From: Chthoniobacteraceae bacterium
GTDB lineage: Bacteria > Verrucomicrobiota > Verrucomicrobiia > Chthoniobacterales > Chthoniobacteraceae
NCBI GenBank assembly: GCA_040081625.1
Contig: JBEBGD010000003.1
Span: 59,280-123,279, forward strand
DNA length: 64,000 nt
Direction: 5' to 3'
In this document: piece after piece, positions 1 through 9,845 of the stretch
Numbering within the stretch: the stretch's first letter is position 1
Layout: each line of letters opens with the position of its first letter
Program-made: the position numbers and the translations under genes
Notes under the pieces: generated by a model
Seen by the model: only the letters and a program-made list of their open reading frames with translations
What the model was told of the DNA's origin: nothing
Database searches by the model: none

Positions 1-2128
1 CCGCCGAGCCCACGGTGATGAGCTTGTTGCGCGTCACCGTGCCGCCCTTCATGTCGCTGGCCGTGCAGGTGACGATGAACGTGCCCGCCGCAGTGAACTG
101 CCGCGTGATCACGTTCGAGTTCGGCGACACGATCTGCGTGCCGCCGCCGAAATGCTGCCAGTTGAAAGCCAGCGGATCGCTGTCGGGATCGTTGGCCGTG
201 GCGGTGAAGGTCACCGTGCCATTCAGCGGGATCACCTCCGCGCTGGCGGCGAGCGACATCGTCGGCGGCTGATTGCCGGGGGAGCTGCCGAGGTTCACTT
301 GCACGTCGAGATAACGCGGACTGTCACTTGCCGCCACGGCGGTGACGTAGATGCCGCTCTCGGTGTCGCCAAACGTGGCCCCGAGCGAGATGGGCGCGTC
401 GGTTTTTCCGTAAGGTGAGCCGTTGGTCGTGTCGATGAGCTGGAAATTTCCGCCGCCGCCGCTCGGGAAGCGCCAGCCGAAGACGAGGCCGTTTTTCGCG
501 AAGGGATTGCTGTCGAAAAGCGATCGCACCATGCCCCAGTAGGTGCGCTGCACGTCCTTCTGGATCGTCAGCGCATAGCGTTTCGACGCATCGAGCGAGC
601 CCTGATCAAACGCATGGATGCGGTAGAGCCCGCTCTGAGTCACGGGCTGCAAAAAGGCGCCCGGCAGCCAGCGGATCTGGTTTTTTCCCTGCGCATTGTA
701 GTGGCCCGGCGGCGTGCCCGCGCCGCCCATCACATCGTAGCTGTCGCCGTATTCGTTGTTCGCGCCGTTGCCGATGCTGCTCGTGCCTGCGGTGTCCCAG
801 AAATTCGAGTGCCCGAGCCCGAAGCAGTGCCCGATCTCGTGCGCCCACAGGCTCACGCTATCGCTGCGGCACCACACCGTGCTGCCGCCCGCGAGCCCGC
901 CGTAACTGCCGGGGCCGCCATTGTGCCGCATCACCACGCAGTCGTAGTCGCTGGAGTCGAAGCCGAGCTTCCGTGCTTCGTTCCGCGCGTCCACATGCGA
1001 GATGCTCGTGCCGCCGATGTCGCCGCCATTGCTCGTGTCGCGGTTCACATACCACGCTTCGTTGTGCGGCAGCTTCACCGGCGGTGTGACGACGCCGACG
1101 AGCGACAGCCGGCCATACGAAGCCTTCGCGTAATGATCCGCCACGTCGCGCAGCGTCGTATAGAGCGCCGCCTCGGTGGAAGGGATCGCGTTTTGATCCG
1201 CGTAGGTCGTCGGGATCACGAGCACTTTCACCTGACCAAGCGCGGGAGTCGGGGTGGACGGCAGGATGCCGGAAAACGCGAACGAACCGCCCGTGACGCC
1301 TTCGCCGTAGAGGATGGTCTCGTTTTGCATCGCGATGTGCGAGCCGTCGCAGAACGTGATGATCTCCACCGGCGTCTCGACCGCGGGCAAACTCTCCGGC
1401 ACCACGCTCGGCACGCTCGCGGGATCGAGCACGATCTTCCCCGACACCGGGCACTCGGACACGACCGGCTTGCCCGGCGGCATGTTTTCCCCCGCCTCGA
1501 GCCGCCGCGTCGGTTGGTCGCTGACCGCAAATTCCGAGTCCACCGCCACGCCGTTCACAAACGCGCCCGCCGTCCACGTGAGCTTCTGCTCGCGCTGGCC
1601 ATACACGTAGGCGCGGTAAGTCCCGCCGCCCTTCAGCTCGACCTCGCGATACGTCGGCACCGGCGGATCACCGGGATTCAGCGGCACGCCCTGCATCACA
1701 CGCAGCGCGCCGATGTCGTTGATGCGCCGTTCGAGCTGCGCGAGCACGATCGGCGGAAGCTCCTGTCGCACGACCATCGGCACCGCCTGCTCGATCGCCG
1801 CGCGCGGGTCGTCCTGGATGAGTTGCTTGAAGACCGGACGCCGCTCGCTCGCGAGCCGCACGCCTTCCGTCACGAGCGCCTGCCGGTGCTCGCGCGGCGT
1901 GGCGAGAAAGCGACCGGTCCAGTCGCTGAAAGCGGGCACCGCTTCGCCGCCCTGCACGACCGGCTGCGCGGCCGGTCGCGCCTTTGCTACTTCCATCCGC
2001 CCGGAGTCCAGCGCGGTGGTCAGGATCGCGGGTGCCTGCGGAGCAACGGCTCGATCTTCCCAAAGCAGAAAAACGACAGCGCCAAAGACGATGGCAACGA
2101 GTGAAGCGAGGAGAAGGCGGTAGCGCAC
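1..2128 (-). CDS. Secreted zinc metalloprotease (metzincin, M11/gametolysin-like) followed by a PKD/Ig-like domain; C-terminus runs off the left edge
   Basis: Not in the ORF track because there is no stop in the window. Manual translation from GTG at 2128 gives a hydrophobic N-terminus (VRYRLLLASLVAIVFGAVVFLLW), the zinc motif HEIGHCFGLGH (about 808-841), a Met-turn (EYGDSYDVMG) and a PKD-like segment (GNQPPT...VTFTATANDPDSDPLAFNW...AGTFIVTCTASD). The frame stays open to position 2. Confidence 0.85.
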   Translation of the reverse strand, partial: MRYRLLLASLVAIVFGAVVFLLWEDRAVAPQAPAILTTALDSGRMEVAKARPAAQPVVQGGEAVPAFSDWTGRFLATPREHRQALVTEGVRLASERRPVFKQLIQDDPRAAIEQAVPMVVRQELPPIVLAQLERRINDIGALRVMQGVPLNPGDPPVPTYREVELKGGGTYRAYVYGQREQKLTWTAGAFVNGVAVDSEFAVSDQPTRRLEAGENMPPGKPVVSECPVSGKIVLDPASVPSVVPESLPAVETPVEIITFCDGSHIAMQNETILYGEGVTGGSFAFSGILPSTPTPALGQVKVLVIPTTYADQNAIPSTEAALYTTLRDVADHYAKASYGRLSLVGVVTPPVKLPHNEAWYVNRDTSNGGDIGGTSISHVDARNEARKLGFDSSDYDCVVMRHNGGPGSYGGLAGGSTVWCRSDSVSLWAHEIGHCFGLGHSNFWDTAGTSSIGNGANNEYGDSYDVMGGAGTPPGHYNAQGKNQIRWLPGAFLQPVTQSGLYRIHAFDQGSLDASKRYALTIQKDVQRTYWGMVRSLFDSNPFAKNGLVFGWRFPSGGGGNFQLIDTTNGSPYGKTDAPISLGATFGDTESGIYVTAVAASDSPRYLDVQVNLGSSPGNQPPTMSLAASAEVIPLNGTVTFTATANDPDSDPLAFNWQHFGGGTQIVSPNSNVITRQFTAAGTFIVTCTASDMKGGTVTRNKLITVGSA

Positions 2129-2281
2129 GGTTGGGAGGAGGCGGGAGGCGTAAGTATTTCGGCGACAAGCCGGTTTAACGCAACTCGCATCCGGCGTTTC
2201 AACTTACGGCCTGCGCCGCGCGCCTACCGCTTTGGCGAGTGGACGTTTCCGACGCTTTCCGCTGCCTTTCCCGCCCCTGCC

Positions 2282-3670
2282 ATGCACCGCTTCCTCATCC
2301 TCATCCTCCTCGTCCTCATCACGCCTGTGCGCGCGGCGGACAAGCCAAACGTCCTCTTCATCGCCATCGACGACCTGAACCACTGGGTCGGCCATCTCGG
2401 GCGCAACAAGCAGACCAAGACCCCAAACATCGACCGCCTCGCAAAGGCCGGCGTCACCTTCACCCGCGCCTACTGCACCGCGCCCGCGTGCAACCCCTCG
2501 CGGGCCTCGCTCATGAGCGGCATGCGCCCGAACACCACCGGCTGCTACCTCAACTCGCAGCCGTGGGGTCCCGCCATCAGCGGCGATAAGCTGCTCAACA
2601 CGCACTTCGCCGGCGCCGGCTACCGCGTCTATGGCGCGGGAAAAATCTACCATAGCTCCGAGCACGGCGGCACCTGGACCGACTACGCCGGAGGAAAAGG
2701 CGGCACGCCAAAGCGCCACCCCTCCGCGAAGGACGACGGCATCGGCGGCATCGCCTTCAGCCCGCTCGATGGCACCGACGAGGAGATGCCCGACTTCCGC
2801 ACCGTCAGCTACTGCATCGAGAAGCTGAACGAGAAGAGCGACAAACCGTTCTTCATCGCGTGCGGGCTCGTGAAGCCGCACATGCCTTTCAGCGTGCCGA
2901 AGAAGTGGTTCGACATGTTCCCGCTCGACTCGATCGAGCTGCCGCCGCATCGCGAGGACGACCTCAAGGACGTGCCACCCGCGGGTGTGAAGATGGCTGG
3001 CGGCGATCATGCGAAGATCGTCGCTTCGGGCCGCTGGAAGGAAGCCGTGCAGGCTTACCTCGCGACGATCGCCTTCTGCGATTCGCAAGTCGGCCGCATG
3101 GTCGACGCGCTGGAAAAATCGCCCGCGCGCGACAACACCATCGTCGTCCTCTGGACCGACCACGGCTGGAGCCTCGGTGAAAAATCGCACTGGCGGAAAT
3201 TCGCGCTGTGGGAGGAGCCGACGCGCACCGCGTTCGTGTGGAAGGCGCCGGGTGTCACACCCGCGGGCGGCGTGTGCGACCGCACGGTCGATTACGCGAA
3301 CGTCTATCCCACGCTCTGCGCGCTCACCGGCCTGCCGAAGCCCGCGCATCTCGACGGCTTCGACATGACGCCGCTGCTCAAGGATCCGAAAGCCAAGTGG
3401 GACCACCCCGCGCTCACGACGCACGGGCGCAAGAACCACACCGTCCGCACCGAAGGCTGGCGCTACATCCGCTACGCCGACGGCAGCGAGGAACTCTACG
3501 ACGAAGCCGCCGACCCGCTCGAATACACCAACCTCGCCGGCTTCACCGAGCACGCCGCCCGCAAGGCCGAACTCGCGAAGCTCCTGCCAAAGACCGACGC
3601 GCCCGACCTGCCCGGCGGCGGCAAAGGCGAAGGCGAAGGCAAGGCGAAGAAAAAGAAGAAGGCCGAGTAA
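2282..3670 (+). CDS. Sulfatase (iduronate-2-sulfatase/choline-sulfatase-like), secreted
   Basis: Signal peptide, KPNVLFIAIDDL, CNPSR formylglycine motif, GKIYH, TDHG and ELYD motifs. Confidence 0.93.
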   Translation: MHRFLILILLVLITPVRAADKPNVLFIAIDDLNHWVGHLGRNKQTKTPNIDRLAKAGVTFTRAYCTAPACNPSRASLMSGMRPNTTGCYLNSQPWGPAISGDKLLNTHFAGAGYRVYGAGKIYHSSEHGGTWTDYAGGKGGTPKRHPSAKDDGIGGIAFSPLDGTDEEMPDFRTVSYCIEKLNEKSDKPFFIACGLVKPHMPFSVPKKWFDMFPLDSIELPPHREDDLKDVPPAGVKMAGGDHAKIVASGRWKEAVQAYLATIAFCDSQVGRMVDALEKSPARDNTIVVLWTDHGWSLGEKSHWRKFALWEEPTRTAFVWKAPGVTPAGGVCDRTVDYANVYPTLCALTGLPKPAHLDGFDMTPLLKDPKAKWDHPALTTHGRKNHTVRTEGWRYIRYADGSEELYDEAADPLEYTNLAGFTEHAARKAELAKLLPKTDAPDLPGGGKGEGEGKAKKKKKAE

Positions 3671-3682
3671 CCTGCTCGCGAA

Positions 3683-5128
3683 GTGATCCGACTCGCATTC
3701 TTCCTCGCGCTCGCGCTTTCCCTCCGCGCCGCGGAGAAGCCGAACATCGTCCTCATCTTTTGCGACGACCTCGGCTACGCGGACGTCGCGTGCTTCGGCG
3801 CAAAGACCATCCGCACGCCGCACATCGACCGCCTTGCGAAGGAAGGCACGCGCTTCACGAGCTTCCTCGTAGCGCAGGCTGTCTGCACCGCGTCGCGCGC
3901 GGCTCTGATGACCGGCAGCTACGCGAACCGCGTCGGCCTCGCCGGTGCGCTCAATCACACCAGCAAGACCGGCATCAATCCCGACGAGACGCTCCTGCCC
4001 GAGCTGTGCAAGGCGCAGGGCTACGCGACCGGGATGTTTGGCAAGTGGCACCTCGGCGATCAGCCGCCCTTTCTACCGACGCGCAACGGCTTCGACGAGT
4101 GGCTCGGCATTCCCTACTCGAACGACAACGGCCCGCTGCATCCCGTCATCCGCGACATCCCATCGCTCCCGCTCTACGACGGCGAGAAGATCGTCGAGCG
4201 CGACCCGGATCAGGCGCACTTCACGCGCCGCCTCACCGAGCGCTCGGTCGCGTTCATCGAGAAAAATCGCGAGCGCCCGTTCTTCCTCTACGTCCCGCAC
4301 ATCATGCCGCACGTGCCGATCTTCGCGTCGGAGAAGTTTCGCGGGAAGTCAAAGCACGGCCTCTACGCGGATGTCGTCGAGGAACTCGACCGGTCCGTCG
4401 GCGAGATCGCCGCCGCCATCGACCGCGCCGGCTTGCGCGAGAAGACGCTCATCCTTTTCACCAGCGACAACGGCCCCTTCCTTTCCTACGGCGAGCACGC
4501 CGGCGCCGCGCTCCCGTTCCGCGAGGGAAAGCTCACGACGTTCGAGGGCGGCGTGCGCGTCCCCTTCATCGCGCGCTGGCCGGGCCGCGTGCCCGCCGGG
4601 CGCACGAGCGACGAATTGCTCGCGAGCATCGACCTCCTGCCGACCTTTGCCCGGCTCATCGGCGCGCCGCTTCCGGCGACGAAGATGGACGGCATGGACG
4701 CATGGACGCTCATCTCCGGCGACACCGCGAAATCCCCGCGCGACACCTTCCTCTACTACTCCGGCGACGAACTCCAGGCCGTGCGCCGCGGCAAATGGAA
4801 GCTGCACTTCCCGCACGACTACCTCACCACCGCCGCCGAGCCGGGCCGCGGCGGCAAGCCCTCGAACTGGGCCAACATGAAGCCCAAGAGCATCACCGAA
4901 TCCGGCATCCGCGGCATCGCCAGCCGGCACGGCTACCGCGTCGAGCGGATCGAGAAGTCGCTCTTCGAACTCACCGCCGACCCCGGCGAGACAAAGAACG
5001 TCGCCGCCGAACACCCCGACATCGTCGCCGAACTCGAAGCCCTCGCCGAATCCGCCCGGGCCGACCTCGGCGACGCGCTCACGCAACGCACCGGCGCCAA
5101 TCTTCGCCTCGTCGGCAGAGTTCCATGA
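3683..5128 (+). CDS. Arylsulfatase-like sulfatase, secreted
   Basis: Signal peptide, KPNIVLIFCDDLGY, CTASR motif, GKWHLG, FTSDNG, EGGVRVP. Confidence 0.93.
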   Translation: MIRLAFFLALALSLRAAEKPNIVLIFCDDLGYADVACFGAKTIRTPHIDRLAKEGTRFTSFLVAQAVCTASRAALMTGSYANRVGLAGALNHTSKTGINPDETLLPELCKAQGYATGMFGKWHLGDQPPFLPTRNGFDEWLGIPYSNDNGPLHPVIRDIPSLPLYDGEKIVERDPDQAHFTRRLTERSVAFIEKNRERPFFLYVPHIMPHVPIFASEKFRGKSKHGLYADVVEELDRSVGEIAAAIDRAGLREKTLILFTSDNGPFLSYGEHAGAALPFREGKLTTFEGGVRVPFIARWPGRVPAGRTSDELLASIDLLPTFARLIGAPLPATKMDGMDAWTLISGDTAKSPRDTFLYYSGDELQAVRRGKWKLHFPHDYLTTAAEPGRGGKPSNWANMKPKSITESGIRGIASRHGYRVERIEKSLFELTADPGETKNVAAEHPDIVAELEALAESARADLGDALTQRTGANLRLVGRVP

Positions 5129-5466
5129 AAAGCATCCTCGCCATCGCCGCGCACGCGGCGGCGAAACCGAACATCCTCTGCCTCGTCGCCGAGGACATGA
5201 GCGCATCGCCCGGCTGCTACGGGGTGCAGGAAGTCAGCACGCCGAATCTCGACCGGTTCGCGACAGAAGCCTTCGTGCCGACGGCGGAAGATCTGATCGT
5301 GCAAAAGCTCCGATGGGCGCGGGACAAGGACATCGCCGACATTCGCGACATGCTCGGCGTGCAAGGCGACGCGCTCGACTTCGCCTACGTCGAGCGATGG
5401 TGCCGCACGCATGGGACGCTGGTGCGGTTTGAGGAAATCCGGCGCTCGATCCCGGCGGACCTTTGA
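5125..5466 (+). pseudogene. Chimeric remnant: N-terminus of a sulfatase fused to the C-terminus of a nucleotidyltransferase-like protein
   Basis: ATG overlaps the previous stop (ATGA). KPNILCLVAEDM...GCYG...TPNLDRFATE ends before any CxxxR motif, then the sequence switches to AFVPTAEDLIVQKLRWARDKDIADIRDML...LDFAYVERWC. Confidence 0.6.
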
Positions 5467-5475
5467 GCAGCGGGG

Positions 5476-6708
5476 TTACTGCACGGCGAGTGCGCCTTCG
5501 AGCTGCGCGAGCGCGGCGGCGAGCGTTGCCTCGTCGCGCGCGTGGATGCGCAGGAGCGGCTCGCCTGACTTCACGGCGTCGCCGATTTTACGGATCGCGC
5601 TGAAGCCGACCGCGTAGTCCACGGCGTCGCTCGCCTTCGCGCGGCCTGCGCCGAGCAGCACGCCCGCGCGACCGATCGCGCCGGCGTCAAGTTTCGTGAT
5701 CTTCCCGGCGTGCGGGGCAGGAACGTCGCGGATGATCGGAGCGGGATGCACCTCGGCGATGCGTTCGAGCTTCGTCGTATCGCCGTCCTGGGTCTCGACC
5801 ATCGCGACGAACTTCCGCCACGCAGTGCCGTCTTCAAGCCAGCGGGTGAGCGTGGCGCGCGGGGAGTTGGCGACGCGCTCGGCGAGATCGAGCGTGAGCG
5901 CGATGAGATCGGCGGGGCCGCGGCCTTGCAGCGTGTCCACGCTCTCCGCGACTTCGAGCGCGTTGCCCACGGTGCGGCCGAGCGGTTCGTCCATCGGCGT
6001 GAGGATGTGCGAAGTCTGGACGCCCATCTCGTTTCCCACGGCGGTGAGCGCGGCGGCGAGCGCCTCGGCGTCGGCGCGCGTTTGCATGAACGCGCCGCTA
6101 CCGAACTTCACGTCGAGCACGAGCCGATCGAGCGTCTCCGCGAGCTTTTTGCTCATGATGCTCGCGACGATGAGCGGGATGCTCGGGACCGTCGCGGTCA
6201 CGTCGCGCAGGGCGTAGAGCTTTTTGTCGGCGGGGCAGAGATCGGCGGTCTGGCCGATCATCACGACGCCGAGCTTCGCGAGTTGCGCGGCGGATTCGGC
6301 TTCGCTCAAGCCGACGCGAAAGCCGGGGATGCTCTCGAGCTTGTCGAGCGTGCCGCCGGTGATGCCAAGGCCGCGGCCGGAGATCATCGGCACCCACAGA
6401 CCGTCGCACGCGAGCAGCGGCGCGAGGATGAGCGAGACTTTGTCGCCGATGCCGCCGGTGCTGTGTTTATCGACCTTCGGCGGCGAGCCGGGCGGATGCG
6501 CGAGCACGCGACCGCTGTGCATCATCGCGCGGGTGAGCGCGCTGGTTTCCGCCGGGTCCATGCCGCGGAAGAAGACAGCCATCGCCCACGCGGCGGCCTG
6601 ATAGTCGGGGATCTCGCCGCTCGCGTAGCCGCGGATGAACTCCGCGATTTCCTCCGCGGTCAGCGCGTGGCCGTCACGCTTCCGCTCGATGAAAGTAGGA
6701 ACGTGCAT
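5476..6708 (-). CDS. pdp: Pyrimidine-nucleoside/thymidine phosphorylase
   Basis: DKHSTGGIGDK, SGRGLGITGGTLDKLESIPGF, ASIMSKK and DVKFGSGAFM motifs; follows deoB. Confidence 0.95.
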   Translation of the reverse strand: MHVPTFIERKRDGHALTAEEIAEFIRGYASGEIPDYQAAAWAMAVFFRGMDPAETSALTRAMMHSGRVLAHPPGSPPKVDKHSTGGIGDKVSLILAPLLACDGLWVPMISGRGLGITGGTLDKLESIPGFRVGLSEAESAAQLAKLGVVMIGQTADLCPADKKLYALRDVTATVPSIPLIVASIMSKKLAETLDRLVLDVKFGSGAFMQTRADAEALAAALTAVGNEMGVQTSHILTPMDEPLGRTVGNALEVAESVDTLQGRGPADLIALTLDLAERVANSPRATLTRWLEDGTAWRKFVAMVETQDGDTTKLERIAEVHPAPIIRDVPAPHAGKITKLDAGAIGRAGVLLGAGRAKASDAVDYAVGFSAIRKIGDAVKSGEPLLRIHARDEATLAAALAQLEGALAVQ

Positions 6709-7864
6709 GGCGGTTCAGTTCGGGGAGGAAGGACGTGCCGGTGGGCCGGCCATCGCGGAGCTGGAAGGCGTCGGCGAGCGACGCGGCGACATCGGCGAAG
6801 GTGCGGCGCGTGCCGAGCGGGACGTGAAAGCCTCGATGCACGACGAGCAGCGGCACTTCCTCGCGCGTGTGATCGGTGCCGCGCCACGTCGGGTCGTTGC
6901 CGTGGTCGGCGGTGAGGATGACGAGGTCGTCTTCGTCGAGTTGCGGGAGGAAGGTGCCGAGCCACGCGTCGAACTCCGCGAGCGCCTGCGCGTAGCCGGC
7001 GACATCGCGACGGTGGCCGAAGAGCATGTCGAAATCGACAAGGTTCGCGAAGACGAGGCCTTCGTCGAACTCCGACCAGATCTCCTCGATCGCGCGCATG
7101 CCCTCGGCGTTGCTCGCGGTCGGGGTTGATGCGGTGATGCCGCTGCCGGCGAAGATGTCGCTGATCTTCCCGACGCCATGCACCGGCAGGCCGGTGTCGC
7201 TGATCGCATTCAGGATCGTCGGCGGTGGGACCATCGAGAAGTCGTGCCGCCCGCTCGTGCGCTGCCACGCGCCGGGTTCGCCGATGAAGGGACGCGCGAT
7301 GACGCGGCCGATGCGATGCGGGTCGCAGTGCCGGCGCGCGATGCGGCAGATTTCGTAGAGCCGCTTGGGCGCGATCACGCTCTCGTGCGCCGCGATTTGC
7401 AGGACGGAGTCGGCGGAAGTGTAGAGGATCGGCTTCTTGGTGCGGACGTGTTCGGCGCCGAGTTCGTCGAGGATCGTCGTGCCGCTCTGCGCGTAGTTGC
7501 CGATGAACTCGACGCCCGCCTCGCCCTCGATCGCGCGCACGAGTTCGTCGGGAAACTTCGTGAACGTGCCGAACGGCTGGTCGAGCAGCGCGCCGGCGAG
7601 TTCCCAGTGGCCGCTGGTCGTGTCCTTGCCGGCGGAGCGCTCGCGCATCCGGCCCCACGATGCGCGCGTGCCTTGCGAGCGCGGGTCGAAGACATCGCCG
7701 GTGATCGCCTTCCACAAGCCGAGCGAGAAAAGGTGCGGCAGCGCCAGGTCCGGCTGCGCTGCGAAGATGTGCCCGAGCGTGTCGGCGCCGTCGTCGCCGT
7801 AAGTGGCGGCGTCCGGCGCGTGGCCGCAGCCGACGCTGTCGAGGACGATGAGAAGTGCGCGCAT
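6674..7864 (-). CDS. deoB: Phosphopentomutase
   Basis: LIVLDSVGCG, GKDTTSGHWE, YTSADSVLQIAAHE, TADHGNDPT and DHTRE motifs; overlaps the pdp start by 35 nt. Confidence 0.96.
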   Translation of the reverse strand: MRALLIVLDSVGCGHAPDAATYGDDGADTLGHIFAAQPDLALPHLFSLGLWKAITGDVFDPRSQGTRASWGRMRERSAGKDTTSGHWELAGALLDQPFGTFTKFPDELVRAIEGEAGVEFIGNYAQSGTTILDELGAEHVRTKKPILYTSADSVLQIAAHESVIAPKRLYEICRIARRHCDPHRIGRVIARPFIGEPGAWQRTSGRHDFSMVPPPTILNAISDTGLPVHGVGKISDIFAGSGITASTPTASNAEGMRAIEEIWSEFDEGLVFANLVDFDMLFGHRRDVAGYAQALAEFDAWLGTFLPQLDEDDLVILTADHGNDPTWRGTDHTREEVPLLVVHRGFHVPLGTRRTFADVAASLADAFQLRDGRPTGTSFLPELNRHARSYFHRAEA

Positions 7865-7876
7865 CGTCCCGAGCTA

Positions 7877-9241
7877 CTACTTCGACTGGGTGCGCGCGAG
7901 CAGTTCGTGGACTTTGCCAGCGATGCGTTCCTCGACGCTCGCGGTCCACGGGCCGGGGAGATTGCCGTAGCGATTGGCGTCGCCGGCTTCGTAGCCGCCT
8001 TCCTTCAGCACGCGGAGGCTGGGGATGTAGGCCATCACGTCATTGCTGTAACCCGCGACCCACACGTGCTGCCCGGCGAGTTCACGTTTGAAGCGCAGCG
8101 AGTAATCGACCACCACTTCGCCGCCGAGCGCGATGAGCGTGAGCTTGCCGCCGAAGCGGACGACCTGCACCGGATACGCGTAGTGCGTGGGCAGCGCCTC
8201 GCCGGCATCGAGCCGTGTGAGCATCCGCTGCGCGTGCGAGGCGAAGTATTTGTCCGGGCCCTTGAGTCGCGACTCGAACTCCACGCGCGTCGGCACGGCG
8301 AAGTCGAGCTGCACGTCTTCCATCGCTGCGTCGAGCCGCGCGGGAAGCTGCACGGCGGGCGCTTCGAGCGCTGCTCGCACCGCCGTGGCGAGCGAGCGCC
8401 CGTGGATCTGCGCAAGCGGGAGATGACGACGCGGGTAGGGATTCTGGTCGCCACCGCAACCGGCCACGAAGAGCGCCGTGGCGCCGGGATGGTCCGCCTG
8501 GAAATATTCCTGCGCGTAGCCCGGGTAGTCGCCGCACCATTCGTTGAATCCCATCGTGGTGCTGTGGCAGGCATAGCCGAAGACCGCGGCGCGCAGCTTC
8601 GCATCCGCGCCAAACACCGCGAGCACGGGCACATCATGATCGACCGGCCCCTCGGAATACGGCGCATTCTTGTAGCCGCCCTCGACGGGCAGGCGCCGGT
8701 TCATCGCGAAACCGCAGCGCGCGTGGTGATACTCGAGCCGCGCCGGGGCGAGCTGCGCGAAGGCATCCGCGGCGAGCGCGACGAGCTTCTCCTCGAGGAA
8801 AACGCCGTAAGCTTCCGCCTGCTCCTTTTGCGTGACATCCGCGAGGTGCGAGGCCTTCTGCGCCACGCGAAACTCAGGCCCGCAGTGCGTGTGCGAGGCA
8901 TTGATAAGCAGCCCTTCGCGCGGCAGCCCGTGTTTCGCACCGAGGCGCTTCTCGAGATTGTCGCGCAACGTGCGCGGCACGCCGATGAGGTCGAGCGTGA
9001 CGAGCAACTGCTTCTTCCCGTCCGCGTCCTGGAGCACCAGCGCCTTCGCGAAAAGATCCTGCGTCCTGGCCACGGCGGGCGTGGTCCGCCCGGCGTAGCC
9101 AGCCATCCAGATGAACTCGGTGGGCGTGATCACGGTGCTCGCGACGCCGGCTTTCCAGTCGAGCGGCGCGTCGGCGGCGCGGGCGACGGATGCAATCACG
9201 ACGAGGGCGACGGCGATGGCGAATCGGGTAGGGGAGAACAT
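7877..9241 (-). CDS. Neutral/alkaline ceramidase-like secreted hydrolase
   Basis: Signal peptide, MAGY, NASHTHCGP, YACH, GCGGDQNP and GYSND motifs. Confidence 0.75.
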   Translation of the reverse strand: MFSPTRFAIAVALVVIASVARAADAPLDWKAGVASTVITPTEFIWMAGYAGRTTPAVARTQDLFAKALVLQDADGKKQLLVTLDLIGVPRTLRDNLEKRLGAKHGLPREGLLINASHTHCGPEFRVAQKASHLADVTQKEQAEAYGVFLEEKLVALAADAFAQLAPARLEYHHARCGFAMNRRLPVEGGYKNAPYSEGPVDHDVPVLAVFGADAKLRAAVFGYACHSTTMGFNEWCGDYPGYAQEYFQADHPGATALFVAGCGGDQNPYPRRHLPLAQIHGRSLATAVRAALEAPAVQLPARLDAAMEDVQLDFAVPTRVEFESRLKGPDKYFASHAQRMLTRLDAGEALPTHYAYPVQVVRFGGKLTLIALGGEVVVDYSLRFKRELAGQHVWVAGYSNDVMAYIPSLRVLKEGGYEAGDANRYGNLPGPWTASVEERIAGKVHELLARTQSK

Positions 9242-9288
9242 CGGCTTCGTTTGCCAGCGACTGCGGACGCGGACAAGTGCGCTTCCGC

Positions 9289-9582
9289 TCAGTCCTCGCG
9301 CGCGAAAATCCCGAGCTGGGTTGCGATGACTGCGCGTGAATCCGCGTCGCTGAGGTAGCCGAGCAAACGCAGAACACGCCGGTGAATGGGCCGGACCAGG
9401 TCGCAGCCGACGACGAATCGTCGATCGGCGAACGTGACGTGCGGTCGCAGCGAGGTCTTGTGCAGGTCGCGGCGCATCGGGCAGACGAGAACGGTTGGCG
9501 GGGATTCGATTCCTTCGTCCTGAACGCCGACGAGGTTCGGCTCCTGCCCGGAAGTCTTCGAGCTGAAAACCGGAAGGTTCAC
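9289..9582 (-). CDS. Putative type II toxin, CcdB/MazF(PemK)-fold, 97 aa
   Basis: GTG overlaps the antitoxin stop (GTGA). The pattern LVGVQ...TVLVCPM...LRPHV...CDLVRPIHRRVLRLLGYLS...IF resembles the CcdB/PemK fold. Confidence 0.6.
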   Translation of the reverse strand: MNLPVFSSKTSGQEPNLVGVQDEGIESPPTVLVCPMRRDLHKTSLRPHVTFADRRFVVGCDLVRPIHRRVLRLLGYLSDADSRAVIATQLGIFARED

Positions 9583-9839
9583 GCGTCGCCGTGAATGGGA
9601 TACTGCGCGTTCACCCGAAGCGTCTCGGCGCAAACCTCCGGGGTGTATTCGGCGTTCACGCGTTCGAGGAACTCCGCACGATCGCGGCGGCGCTGCTCGC
9701 GCTCGATCAGCGACTGGATGTAGGAACTGCGGGGCAGTTCGCCGCGCAGCTCGTCGATCGCCCGGTAAGTGTCCGCCGGAAGCGTCAGCGTGTTCCGACC
9801 CGGCAGGCGACTCCGGGGCGATTTCTTGGCGACTTTCAT
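9579..9839 (-). CDS. Putative ribbon-helix-helix antitoxin, 86 aa
   Basis: TLTLPADTYRAIDELRGELPRSSYIQSLIERE matches an RHH pattern; lies directly upstream of the toxin-like ORF. Confidence 0.65.
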   Translation of the reverse strand: MKVAKKSPRSRLPGRNTLTLPADTYRAIDELRGELPRSSYIQSLIEREQRRRDRAEFLERVNAEYTPEVCAETLRVNAQYPIHGDA

Positions 9840-9845
9840 GCGCGC

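Noticed and set aside
614..2104. 496-aa plus-strand ORF, and many other long antisense or alternate-frame ORFs (e.g. 2204-4051, 10841-12841, 24395-26314, 39337-42054)
   Set aside because: They are Arg/Ala-rich shadow frames of motif-bearing genes, as expected in high-GC DNA.
2293..2320. CTCATC/CTCGTC hexamer runs (also about 45445-45477)
   Set aside because: They are explained by Leu/Ile/Val codons in signal or TM helices.
3208..5124. N-terminal part of the 752-aa ORF 3208-5466
   Set aside because: It is an out-of-frame overlap of two sulfatases; only 5125-5466 looks like protein.
6674..6708. deoB/pdp 35-nt overlap as a frameshift or recoding site
   Set aside because: Both ORFs are complete and no slippery motif is evident; a simple tail extension explains it.
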